From assembly GCA_903885375.1 (NCBI GenBank), contig CAISIK010000064.1, forward strand, positions 456 through 64,455: a stretch of DNA of 64,000 nt, written 5' to 3'. The notes under the pieces were generated by a model. That model was not told where the DNA came from and did no database searches. It worked only from the letters and a program-made list of their open reading frames with translations. Shown here one piece after another: positions 44,978 through 53,917 of this stretch; within the stretch, counting starts at the first letter, position 1, and every line of letters begins with the position of its first letter. The position numbers and the translations under genes are program-made. Source of the DNA: an uncultured Pseudomonadota bacterium (GTDB taxonomy: Bacteria > Myxococcota_A > UBA796 > SXON01).

Positions 44978-45813
44978 GCGTCGTCCCACTCGCCTTCATG
45001 CGCGGTGGCCATCAACGCGCCGAGCATGGCGCTCGCGCTGACCTCTCCGCTCGCCACGCGCCGCACCCCGCCCACGATGGGCAGGCCGGGCGCGTGCCGC
45101 AAGAGCGCCTCCGCCATCGCGGCCACGTCGGGCAGGCGCTCCCCGCGCGCGAGGGCGAGGCCCCGGCCATGGCCCGGGTGTTCCTGGCTGGCGGCGCACG
45201 CCACGAGGTCGCCCACACCGGCGAGCCCCGAGAAGGTCCGGGCCTCGCCACCGATGCGCCCGGCGAGGCGGGCGCCCTCCACCGCGGCGCGGGCCACGAG
45301 CAGGGCCTCCGCGCCCGTGCCGAGGCCGAGGCCGCGGGCCGCGCCGAGGGCCACCGCGAAGACGTCGACCAGCGCGCTGGCCAGCTCCACGCCGACGAGA
45401 TCGGGGGAGGCATAGGCGCGACAGAGGGGCGAGCGGAGCGCGGCCGTGGCGAGCGCGGTGAGCTCCGTGAAGGGGGAGGCGATCACCGCGGCGCAGGGGC
45501 TCCGCCGGCGCACCTCGCCGGGGAGGAGCGGCCCGCCCAGCGCACCCACGCGGAGGCAGGCCGAGCCGGCGAGCACGACCTCGCTGCCCCGCCGGCCGGT
45601 GCCGGGCTCGAGGCCGCGGGTGGCGAGCACGATGCGGTCGGCGGGGCCGGGCCGGCGGGCTTCCACCACCCGCGCGAGCTCCGACGCCGGCACCACCCAG
45701 AGCTCCACGTCGGCGCCCCCCTCCACCCGCTCGGCCCCGGCCGTGGCGACGAGGGTGCCGAGCGCCTCGAAGAGCTCGCCGGCGCCGACCAGCTGGATGC
45801 GGGGGGGCTTCAC
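44974..45813 (-). CDS. divergent glycerol-3-phosphate dehydrogenase (GpsA)-like protein
   Basis: 279 aa from GTG 45813 (GTGA overlap). GLAGVGDLVACAAS resembles the GpsA core, but the dinucleotide motif reads GAGELF instead of GxGxxG. Confidence 0.65.
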   Translation of the reverse strand: MKPPRIQLVGAGELFEALGTLVATAGAERVEGGADVELWVVPASELARVVEARRPGPADRIVLATRGLEPGTGRRGSEVVLAGSACLRVGALGGPLLPGEVRRRSPCAAVIASPFTELTALATAALRSPLCRAYASPDLVGVELASALVDVFAVALGAARGLGLGTGAEALLVARAAVEGARLAGRIGGEARTFSGLAGVGDLVACAASQEHPGHGRGLALARGERLPDVAAMAEALLRHAPGLPIVGGVRRVASGEVSASAMLGALMATAHEGEWDDA

Positions 45814-47270
45814 GCGAACTCCGGCCAGCCGACGAGGCGGTTCTGGTAGTAGAGCACGAGCTCCGGGGCGAGCACGAGCGACGCATCGTCGGGCTCCAGG
45901 GCGCGGCGGCGATGGAAGCTCGCGAAGCGGTGGATGGCCTCCTCGAGGATGAGCTCGGGGGTGGCCGGCATCGAGGTGAACCGGCCCGCCAGCCGCGGCA
46001 GGGCTTCGGCGATGCGGCGGGTGACGGCCGCGCGGGGCACGCGGGCCTCGATGGGCGAGAGGCGCACGAGGCGCCAGGTGTCGCGCCCGGGGTGCGCCGC
46101 CTTGAGCGCCGCCCACGCCGCCCATGCCGCGAGGTGCGTGCTCTGCACCACGAAGTCGCGGTGGTAGGCCTCCGAGAGGCGGTCGGCCACACGCTGCGTG
46201 TAGAGGTGGTCGCGCTGCTCGTCCGGCACGACAGCGCCGTTCCGGTCGCACACGTAGCCGCGCGCATCCACCACGCGGCCGCCGGGATCGAGGCTGCGAC
46301 CCTCGGCATCGATCGGGTTGCCCACCACGTCCATCGGCTCGCCGAAGCGCACGTGCACGGCGGCATCGAGCGAGAGCAGGTGCCGCACGAAGTTGGCGAT
46401 GGTGCGCGGCTCGGAGAACTCGTCGTCCATCATGATGTACCGCTGCTTGCCCTCCTCCGCGAGCGAGTCGGCGATGAGGCTCTCGGCCTCCAGCACGAGG
46501 CCCATGGAGAGCGTGCAGGGAACGATGAAGCAGGGCCGCTCCTGGCCCCGGCTGAGCGACTCCTGCCAGGCTTCGAGCCCGGTGCCGAGGAGCCCCTTCT
46601 TGAGCCGGGCCTCCAGCTTGCCCGACCGGCTGCGGGTGCCGCCGGGGAAGAAGAGGGAGTGGTGGCCCCGGCTCAGGATTTCTACGCTGTAGTCCTTCAG
46701 CGTGGCCTTGTAGAGGCGGTTCCGCTTGCGACGATCCACCGTATAGGCGCCCAGCCGCTCCATGAAGAACGCCATGGCGGGGTTGGCGAAGAGGTTGAGG
46801 CCCGCGCCGTAGGCGAAAGGAGGGAGCCCGGCCGCGAAGAGGCTGTATCCGATGAGCGGCGAGTCGAGGTTCGACACGTGCGTGGGCGCGAGGATGAGGG
46901 TGGCGCGCTCGGTGAGCGCACGGATGCGCTCGATGGGGCCGCTCAGGCGCACGCGGGTGGCGGGGTCGGAGGGGCGCTCGGTGAGGTCGCGGAGGCGGGT
47001 GGCGCTCAGCAGGTGGGTGAGCGCGCCGGGGAGGATGCGCGTGGCGAAACGGTAGGCGCGCGGCGAGAAGGGGTTGTGGATTTCGAGCGCGTACAGGCCT
47101 ACCAGCGCGACCGCAGCCCGTTCGAGCGCGCCCCGGTCGGCCGCATGGACGGCGAGCGCCGCCGCCTCCACCGCGGCGGCGTAGGCGGGGTCGGCCCCAT
47201 CCTGCGACACGCGCCGGCGCTCGTGGAACACGGTGTCCGCGAGCAGATCGGTGAGGGCGCCCTCCGCCAT
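45810..47270 (-). CDS. PlsB-like glycerol-3-phosphate/glycerolipid acyltransferase
   Basis: 486 aa from ATG 47270. HVSNLD (HxxxxD) and FFPGGTRSRSGK acyltransferase motifs. Confidence 0.8.
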   Translation of the reverse strand: MAEGALTDLLADTVFHERRRVSQDGADPAYAAAVEAAALAVHAADRGALERAAVALVGLYALEIHNPFSPRAYRFATRILPGALTHLLSATRLRDLTERPSDPATRVRLSGPIERIRALTERATLILAPTHVSNLDSPLIGYSLFAAGLPPFAYGAGLNLFANPAMAFFMERLGAYTVDRRKRNRLYKATLKDYSVEILSRGHHSLFFPGGTRSRSGKLEARLKKGLLGTGLEAWQESLSRGQERPCFIVPCTLSMGLVLEAESLIADSLAEEGKQRYIMMDDEFSEPRTIANFVRHLLSLDAAVHVRFGEPMDVVGNPIDAEGRSLDPGGRVVDARGYVCDRNGAVVPDEQRDHLYTQRVADRLSEAYHRDFVVQSTHLAAWAAWAALKAAHPGRDTWRLVRLSPIEARVPRAAVTRRIAEALPRLAGRFTSMPATPELILEEAIHRFASFHRRRALEPDDASLVLAPELVLYYQNRLVGWPEFA

Positions 47271-47462
47271 GGTGGCGGCCCGCCGCCGGAAGCGGGCCTG
47301 GAGCGCCAGCGCGATCTCCGAAGCCGGTGGCGCGCGGAACAGGGCGGGTTCGGTGGCCACGGCGCATCCTATCGCGCGGCGTGCCGCCCGCGTGCCGCCC
47401 GCGTGCCGCCCGTGCGTGGCCCGCAGCTTGCTCGCCGCGTTCCGGATATGCGCCCGGCAACC

Positions 47463-47900
47463 ATGCGCGTGCTCCTCCCCGTCCTGCTCCTGCTCCTCCT
47501 CCCCGGCTGCGGCCAGATGGGTCTGGAGTACGCGGCGGAGAACACGGCGGAGCTCGCGCTCGAGCCGCTCGAGGGCTGGGACTTCGGCGAGCTCCTCCCC
47601 GAGCACGAGGCCGGCGTGCACAACTTCTCGTTGCGGTCGGCCGAAGCGGAGCGCGGCACCTACGTGGAGGATGCCTGGCTCGATGGCGACACCGGCGCGT
47701 TCGTGATCGAGCGTGAGCCCGAGCTCCCCGCCGTGATCGAGGCCGGCAAGCACGCCAGCATCGTGGTGCGCTTCCGCCCCGAAAAGAGCGGCTCCTTCCG
47801 CGCGCAGCTCAAGGCCGTCGATGGCAACGGCGCCCGCTACCGCGTGGAGCTGCTGGGGCAGGGCTGCCGAAACAACGACGGCAACCGGCGGTGCGACTGA
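47463..47900 (+). CDS. hypothetical lipoprotein (beta-sandwich-like)
   Basis: ATG 47463. Signal plus lipobox LLLLLLPGC. 145 aa. Confidence 0.6.
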   Translation: MRVLLPVLLLLLLPGCGQMGLEYAAENTAELALEPLEGWDFGELLPEHEAGVHNFSLRSAEAERGTYVEDAWLDGDTGAFVIEREPELPAVIEAGKHASIVVRFRPEKSGSFRAQLKAVDGNGARYRVELLGQGCRNNDGNRRCD

Positions 47901-47902
47901 GC

Positions 47903-48415
47903 ATGACGCGGCTGCAACTGCGCATCCAGCACCTCGAACGGGGTGCCGCCTTCCCCCACGACGACGATGACCTCGGCGAGGCCCTGTGGGCACGGCTGCG
48001 CACCGAGCTCCCCCGTGGGGTGCCCCGCCCGGCGCTCCTGACGCTGTTTTCGGAGTCGGTGCAGGTCATCGATCTCCTGCCGATCCTGCGGTCGGGGCAG
48101 GATGTGCACCGCGCCTGCGCCGCGTTCGCCTCGCAGGAGGGCGCCCAGGCGCTCGCGGCCGTGGGGGTGATGAACCGCCGGCGGGCCGGCACGGTCCTCG
48201 GGCACTTCGGCGTGGCCTTCGTGGAGTGGCCCGACGGGCGCTGGTGGTGCTGCACTCGGCCGCTCGATCCGCTGGGGCGCCCGCTGGAGGGCAGCGAGGA
48301 CGACGTGCAGCGCGCGGTAGACGGCGCCGCCAAGCCGGGCGGCCTCGGCGCCTGGTTCCGCCGCGCCCGCTACGAGCAGCTGAACGTGCGGATCGACGGC
48401 CCGCCGGTCAACTGA
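47903..48415 (+). CDS. hypothetical protein
   Basis: ATG 47903 lies 3 nt after the upstream stop. 170 aa. No family recognised. Confidence 0.5.
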   Translation: MTRLQLRIQHLERGAAFPHDDDDLGEALWARLRTELPRGVPRPALLTLFSESVQVIDLLPILRSGQDVHRACAAFASQEGAQALAAVGVMNRRRAGTVLGHFGVAFVEWPDGRWWCCTRPLDPLGRPLEGSEDDVQRAVDGAAKPGGLGAWFRRARYEQLNVRIDGPPVN

Positions 48416-49724
48416 GGGCGTACAACGCGCCGTCGACCGACCAGGCCCAGCGCTGGCCGGCCACGAGCACCACGCCGTCGGCCGGGAGCGGCCAGGCCAC
48501 GCCCGCCAAGCGGAGCTCGCTCGGCTCCCCGGGTTCGGACAGCTCCGCGCCCGCCTCGCTGGGCAGCTCGGGCAGCCAGTCGGCATCACTCTCGGCGCGT
48601 CGCGCCTCGCCGGTGAAGGAGAAGGAGGCGAGGGCGCCGCTGCTCGTCTGCACGAGGAGCTCGTCGCCCCGGATGGCCGCGAGCTCCACGGACTCCTCCT
48701 CGTGGGTGGGCAGGCCGTGGGCGAAGCGGTGGTGGTCGACCACGATGATGTCGGTGTCGTCGGCCACCACGATGCGCGCGCCGTCGGTGGCCACGACGCC
48801 CGGCGGGAGCCCGCCGCGGAGGCAGGCGCCGGTGGCCCGCGACCAGACGCTCCCGCCCGGACCCACGAGCCAGTCGCCCCCGACGGCGGCGGCGGCGCCC
48901 GCGAAGCCCGCGAGGAGGCAGGGGCCGTCGGCGTTGGTCAGGTTGCCAGTGCCGCCGTCGAGCCAGGTGGCGTCGGGGGCGTAGCCCACGGGGGTGAGGG
49001 CGCCCGGCCAGCGACGGAGCGTGGTGCCGGTGCGGAGGTCGATCTCCTGGAGGCCATCCTCATCGGCGGCGAGCGCGCGGAGGCCATCGGGCGAGAAGCG
49101 GGCGAATTCGACGTCCACCGGGTCGCCGAGGCGACGGGCGGGGGCGCCGGGGGCCACGCAGATCGTGTCGCCCTCGAGCGCGACGAGGGTGGCGCCGAAG
49201 GGGCCGACGGAGAGCGCTGCCGCGCCGCCCGCGCGCCCGAGCGCGTGGGGACGGCCATCCGCGCCCATGCGGTACAGGTAGTCGAGATCGAGCCAGACGA
49301 GCCCGACGCCGGTGGCGAAGGGGGCCGCGAAGCGCGCGCGGGTGGCGGCGTCGGGGAGCGGAACCGCCGGCCCGCCCGCCAGCGGGACGAGCGAGTGCTC
49401 GGGCACGCTCAGCACCAGCACGCAGTCGGCCCCGGGTAGGACACCCAGCGGCTCGCCGGCATCAACAGAGAGGGCCCGCCCCACAATGCCCTCGGGCGAC
49501 ACCATCACCGCGCCGTAGGCCGTGGCGAACGTGCAGCCGGCCGCGGTGACGGTGCACTCCGACACGTCGTCGGGGAGGAGCGTGGTGGTGACGCCCCGGG
49601 CGTCGAGGCAGAAGAGCACATCCCGCACGGCCCACCACACCCGCGCCCCATCCGCGCCGATCCAGTCGGGTACTCCGGGCGCGAGGAGACGGGGGAGGGG
49701 ACCGGTGCCGAGGGAGAGCCGCAT
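48408..49724 (-). CDS. hypothetical protein, possibly beta-propeller-like
   Basis: ORF 48408-50291 trimmed to ATG 49724. Repetitive Gly/Asp/Trp-containing segments. Confidence 0.5.
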   Translation of the reverse strand: MRLSLGTGPLPRLLAPGVPDWIGADGARVWWAVRDVLFCLDARGVTTTLLPDDVSECTVTAAGCTFATAYGAVMVSPEGIVGRALSVDAGEPLGVLPGADCVLVLSVPEHSLVPLAGGPAVPLPDAATRARFAAPFATGVGLVWLDLDYLYRMGADGRPHALGRAGGAAALSVGPFGATLVALEGDTICVAPGAPARRLGDPVDVEFARFSPDGLRALAADEDGLQEIDLRTGTTLRRWPGALTPVGYAPDATWLDGGTGNLTNADGPCLLAGFAGAAAAVGGDWLVGPGGSVWSRATGACLRGGLPPGVVATDGARIVVADDTDIIVVDHHRFAHGLPTHEEESVELAAIRGDELLVQTSSGALASFSFTGEARRAESDADWLPELPSEAGAELSEPGEPSELRLAGVAWPLPADGVVLVAGQRWAWSVDGALYALS

Positions 49725-49735
49725 GAGGACGGATC

Positions 49736-52621
49736 TTAGCGCACCCAGCGGGCGATGTAGAGGTCGGTGTCGTGCTTGCCGGGCTCGGTGGCGCGGTTGC
49801 TGGCGAACACCAGCCACTTCCCGTCGGGGGAGAACATCGGGAAGCCGTCGAAGCCAGCGGTGGAGGTGATGCGCTCCTCCTTGCCCTTCCAGTCCACGAA
49901 CCAGATGTCGAACTCGCGGGGGTTCTCCCCCTTGTTCGTGGCATAGAGCGTGCCCTTGCCATCGGGCGTGGGGTAGGGGGCGAAGCTGCCGGCCCCGTGT
50001 TTCGTGAGCTGCCGCGGCTTGGAACCATCGGCGTTCATCACGAAGATTTCGAGGTCGCTGGGCCGGACCAGCCCCTCCTTCAGCAGGCTCCGGTACTCCT
50101 CGAGCGCCGCGCCCTCCGGACGAGAGGCCCGGTACACGATCTGCTTGCAGTCCGGCGTGAAGAAGGCGCCACCATCGTAGCCGGGCAGGTCGGTGAGCTG
50201 CTTCGGGTCGCTGCCATCGGCGTTGGCCACGAACAGGTCGAGGTCGCCGTTGCGGGTGCTGGTGAACAGGATGCGCCCATCCTTGAAGCACTGCGTGGCC
50301 TCCGCGTCGTAGGCCGGCGACTGGAGGATGGGGGTGCGCTTGCCGTGGAGGTCGTCGCGGACGATGTCGTAGGTCGCGTAGATGGGCCAGACGTAGCCCT
50401 TGCTGTAGTCGGGCTTGGCCGGACAGGCCGCTCCGGCGGCCTCGGTCGTGGCGTAGATCAGCGAGCCGCCGCCGGGGTAGTCAAGGTACCCGCAGGTGGT
50501 GCGACCCTCGCCGCTGGAAGCCAGCGTGACCGCGCCCGTGTCGAGGTTGTAGAGGTACTGGGCATCGCATCCGCCCTCGGGCATGGTGCGCTGGAACGAG
50601 AGCGTGCGGCCATCCGGGCCCCAGTACGCTTCGGCGTTCTCGCCGCCGAAGGTGAGGCGCCGCAGGTCGGCGAGGTGTCGCTCATCTGCAGCGAGGAGCT
50701 CGGACACCCGCTTGCCCGCACCGGGGCTCCACCGGTCGCCCTTCGCCGGCGTGGCGGCTTCGGACGCTACCTGGAAGCTCGCGTGCTTCGGTGCGGGGGG
50801 AGCGCCGCCTTCGGTGCTCGCCGGCCGGACCGCGAGCGTGGCGAGGAGCCGGAGCTCCTTGCCCTCCCGCTTCACCACCACCTCGATGCTCTCGCCGGGC
50901 TTGTGCTCGCGGAGCACGAAGGTCATGTCGTACAGGTTGGCCACGGTCACGCCGGCCATGGCGATGATGACGTCGCCCTTCAGGAGCCCGGCGCGGGCCG
51001 CGGGGCTGCCGGCCCGCGTGTCGCTCAGCTTCACGCCGCCGGTCGTGGCCTCCATGGCGGTGTAGTCGGGCACGGAGCCGAAGTACGCGCCGTAGCCGCG
51101 GCTGTCGCCCATCGTGGGGGTGGAGGTCGTGCTCCGCGCGAACGTGGGGCGGGCGGCGGTGCGGGCCTGGCCGGCGAGCGCCGCCGTGAACCGAACGACG
51201 TCGGCGCCGCCATCGAGGTTCAGGGTGGCGAAGTCGTCGTCGGGGGTGTGGTAGGTGTCGTGCGCGCCGGTGAAGAGGTGGGCCACGGGGATGTCGGCGC
51301 CGTAGAAGCTGGCGTGGTCGCTCGGGCCGTAGCCATCGCCGCCCATGGTGGTGGTGAGCGCCGGCACCTGCGCGCGGGCGGCCTCCACCAGCGCCGACCA
51401 GGCGGGCGAGCTGTCCGTGCCGAGGAGGGCGAGCTTGCCCTCGCGGAGCCGCCCCACCATGTCGAGGTTCACCATCGCGGCCGTGGCGGTGAGCGGAAAC
51501 AGCGGGTGCTGCACGTACCAGCCGCTCCCGCCGAGGCCGATCTCCTCGGCCGAGAAGGCCGCCACCACCACCGTCCGCGCGCTCTTCGCGGCCGGGGCCG
51601 CGCGCAAGGCCTTGGCTGCGCACAGGATGCCTGCCACGCCAGAGGCGTTGTCGTCGGCGCCGTTGTGCACCTCGGTGGAGTCGGGGCGCAGGCTGCCGTG
51701 GCCGCCGTGGCCGAGGTGATCGAAGTGGGCGCCGAGGACCACCACCTCGGAGGCCAGGGCACCGCTCCCGGGGATCAGGCCGAGCACGTTGCGCGTGGTG
51801 GCCGTGGTGGGCACGAGGTCGGTGGTGCCGGACACCTTTGTTCCGCCGAGCGCGCGCGAGGCCGGCTTCCAGGTGCGGTCGATCTCGGCCTGCACGCTGG
51901 CGAGCGAGGTGGGGCCGAGCCAGCGCCCGGCGAGCGCGCGGGTGATCTGCAGCACGGGCAGGCCCGCATCGCTGACCGGGCCGAGGAGCTTCAGCGGCGG
52001 GAGGCGGTCCGGCTCGTCGGCGCTGGTGGCCGGGCTCACGAGCACGAGCGCCTTCGCGCCCGCTTCGCGGGCCACGATCGCCTTGGTGCGGAGGTCGCTG
52101 TAGCGGGTGGGCCGCTTGCCTTCGAAGGGCGAGGCGTCGTCGTTCTCGCCGGGCTCGTAGCGCATGGCGAGCACGACCTTGCCCTTCACGTCGAGGCCGG
52201 CGTAGTCGTCGTAGCCGAGGTCGGGCGCACGGATGCCGTAGCCCACGAAGACCACCTCACCGGAGAAGGCGCCGTTGGCGGAGAAGCCGAGAGGGGTCCA
52301 GTCCTCCTCGAGGCGGGCGCCGACGAGCTGGTTGCCCACCCCGAGGTGTACGCCGGTGCGGACCTCGAAGGGCTGCGTCCACCCGGAGGCGGGCGCGGTG
52401 AGCCCCGCGCCGAGCATCCACTTGCGGATCTGCTCGGCCGCGGCGTCGTTGCCGGCGGTGCCCACGCCTCGGCCCTCCAGCCCGTCGGCCGCGAGGGTTT
52501 CGGTGACGGCCGCGAAGCAGTCACGGGGGTCGGCGGGGAGGGGAGCACCGGAGGCGGACCCGGCGAGGAGGAGCTGCAGCATGGGGCGGCGGCTATCTCG
52601 CGCCCGTCCGCGCTCTGTCAA
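49736..52621 (-). CDS. M28 aminopeptidase - PDZ - TolB-like beta-propeller fusion protein
   Basis: M28 zinc-site motifs HFDHLGHGG, NGADDNASG and SAEEIGLGGS. A PDZ-like segment (GLLKGDVIIAMAG). PD40 repeats (FSPDGKWLVFASNR). Alternative start at 52582. Confidence 0.85.
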   Translation of the reverse strand: MTERGRARDSRRPMLQLLLAGSASGAPLPADPRDCFAAVTETLAADGLEGRGVGTAGNDAAAEQIRKWMLGAGLTAPASGWTQPFEVRTGVHLGVGNQLVGARLEEDWTPLGFSANGAFSGEVVFVGYGIRAPDLGYDDYAGLDVKGKVVLAMRYEPGENDDASPFEGKRPTRYSDLRTKAIVAREAGAKALVLVSPATSADEPDRLPPLKLLGPVSDAGLPVLQITRALAGRWLGPTSLASVQAEIDRTWKPASRALGGTKVSGTTDLVPTTATTRNVLGLIPGSGALASEVVVLGAHFDHLGHGGHGSLRPDSTEVHNGADDNASGVAGILCAAKALRAAPAAKSARTVVVAAFSAEEIGLGGSGWYVQHPLFPLTATAAMVNLDMVGRLREGKLALLGTDSSPAWSALVEAARAQVPALTTTMGGDGYGPSDHASFYGADIPVAHLFTGAHDTYHTPDDDFATLNLDGGADVVRFTAALAGQARTAARPTFARSTTSTPTMGDSRGYGAYFGSVPDYTAMEATTGGVKLSDTRAGSPAARAGLLKGDVIIAMAGVTVANLYDMTFVLREHKPGESIEVVVKREGKELRLLATLAVRPASTEGGAPPAPKHASFQVASEAATPAKGDRWSPGAGKRVSELLAADERHLADLRRLTFGGENAEAYWGPDGRTLSFQRTMPEGGCDAQYLYNLDTGAVTLASSGEGRTTCGYLDYPGGGSLIYATTEAAGAACPAKPDYSKGYVWPIYATYDIVRDDLHGKRTPILQSPAYDAEATQCFKDGRILFTSTRNGDLDLFVANADGSDPKQLTDLPGYDGGAFFTPDCKQIVYRASRPEGAALEEYRSLLKEGLVRPSDLEIFVMNADGSKPRQLTKHGAGSFAPYPTPDGKGTLYATNKGENPREFDIWFVDWKGKEERITSTAGFDGFPMFSPDGKWLVFASNRATEPGKHDTDLYIARWVR

Positions 52622-52639
52622 CGCGGCGCCTCCGGTCGG

Positions 52640-53176
52640 TCAACCGGCGGCGGCCTCGAACACGAGCGAGGCGGAGTTGATGCAGTAGCGTTTGCCGGTG
52701 GGGGCGGGGCCGTCGTCGAAGACATGCCCGAGGTGCCCTTCGCAGCGCGCGCACACCACCTCCTCGCGGAGCATGCCGAAGCTCAGGTCGCGGTTCACCT
52801 TCACCCGATCGGGCCGCGCGGGGCGGGTGTAGCTGGGCCAGCCGGTGCCCGACTCGAACTTGTCCTCGCTGGCGAAGAGGCGCAGGCCGCAGCCGGCGCA
52901 GCGGAAGCTCCCCTGCTCGTGGTTGTTCCAGTAGCGGCCGGTGAACGCCCGCTCGGTGCCCTTGTCCCGGAGCACGGAGTAGGTGCTCTTGTCGAGCAGC
53001 GCGGCCCACTCCGCATCCGTGCGCACCACCGGCACGATGCTCGTGGGGTCGGCCTCGAGGTCGGGGAGCGCCACCCGCGCTGGCGTGCTCTCGGCGGAGG
53101 CGCCGCCAGGGGCGCACGCCACGAGGGCGGCGAGGCTGGTCATGGACACGGTGAAACAGCGGCGGCTGAGGGTCAT
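52640..53176 (-). CDS. msrB: peptide-methionine (R)-S-oxide reductase with export signal
   Basis: Zinc CxxC pairs (CAGC, CARC) and the catalytic context RYCINS. N-terminus SRRCFTV ... LVAC. Confidence 0.93.
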   Translation of the reverse strand: MTLSRRCFTVSMTSLAALVACAPGGASAESTPARVALPDLEADPTSIVPVVRTDAEWAALLDKSTYSVLRDKGTERAFTGRYWNNHEQGSFRCAGCGLRLFASEDKFESGTGWPSYTRPARPDRVKVNRDLSFGMLREEVVCARCEGHLGHVFDDGPAPTGKRYCINSASLVFEAAAG

Positions 53177-53289
53177 CGGAGCTCCTGGTCTGCACGGTAC
53201 GATGCCGGAGGGGGGATCGGGTTTTCGCGGACGCGTCCCAGTTTGTCAACGGCCGGGAACCCGGGGGCCGCGCCGTGGTCGAAGGGGCC

Positions 53290-53835
53290 ATGAACTGCCC
53301 CGAAACGCTGGCGGAGCTGCGCGCCGTCGATCAGGTCGTCGTCGTGTGGAAGGCCGAGCGCCGCATGGGGCTCTACGAGCGCGGCGCGCTGGTGCAGCCT
53401 GCGGGCGAGGCGCGCTGCTTCCCGGTGGCGCTCGGCGATGCGCCCGTAGGGGACAAGCTGCGTCAGGGCGACGAGCACACCCCCGTGGGCTGGTTCCGCA
53501 TCACCCACAAGAACCCCCGCAGCAGCTTCCACCTCTCCCTGGGCCTGAACTACCCCGACGCCGCGCACGCCCGCGCCGCCTTCGCCGCCGGCACGATCGC
53601 CCGCACCACGCGCGACCGCATCGTGCTCGCCGATGAGAAACGCGCCATGCCCCCGCGCGACACCGCCCTCGGCGGCGACATCTACCTGCACGGCGGCGGC
53701 AGCCAGCCCGACGACTGGACGGACGGCTGCGTGGCCGTATCGAACGCCGACATGGACCTGCTCTACGCCTGGGCGCGGCCCGGGATCGCGGTGGTCATCG
53801 TGGAGAGCACGGCGAGCCCGCTGCCCACGGGCTGA
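53290..53835 (+). CDS. L,D-transpeptidase (YkuD/YafK-like) family protein
   Basis: Catalytic context HGGGSQPDDWTDGCVAVSN. The track ORF starts at 53275; ATG 53290 is preferred. Confidence 0.8.
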   Translation: MNCPETLAELRAVDQVVVVWKAERRMGLYERGALVQPAGEARCFPVALGDAPVGDKLRQGDEHTPVGWFRITHKNPRSSFHLSLGLNYPDAAHARAAFAAGTIARTTRDRIVLADEKRAMPPRDTALGGDIYLHGGGSQPDDWTDGCVAVSNADMDLLYAWARPGIAVVIVESTASPLPTG

Positions 53836-53852
53836 ACGCACACGGAGGCGCC

Positions 53853-53902
53853 GCGATTCGGGGCGGCGGGGCCCACCCCGAGGTGGGGCGGACCCGAATC
53901 GC
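53853..53902. terminator. nested hairpin in a convergent intergenic region (bidirectional terminator candidate)
   Basis: 10-bp stem GCGATTCGGG/CCCGAATCGC around a 30-nt loop that contains an inner CCCACC/GGTGGG hairpin. Confidence 0.4.
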
Positions 53903-53917
53903 CCTGAACCCCCCACC

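Noticed and set aside
49772-53293. 1173-aa plus-strand ORF
   Set aside because: Antisense to the M28-PDZ-TolB gene and msrB. Gly/Ala/Arg/Glu-rich with no motifs.
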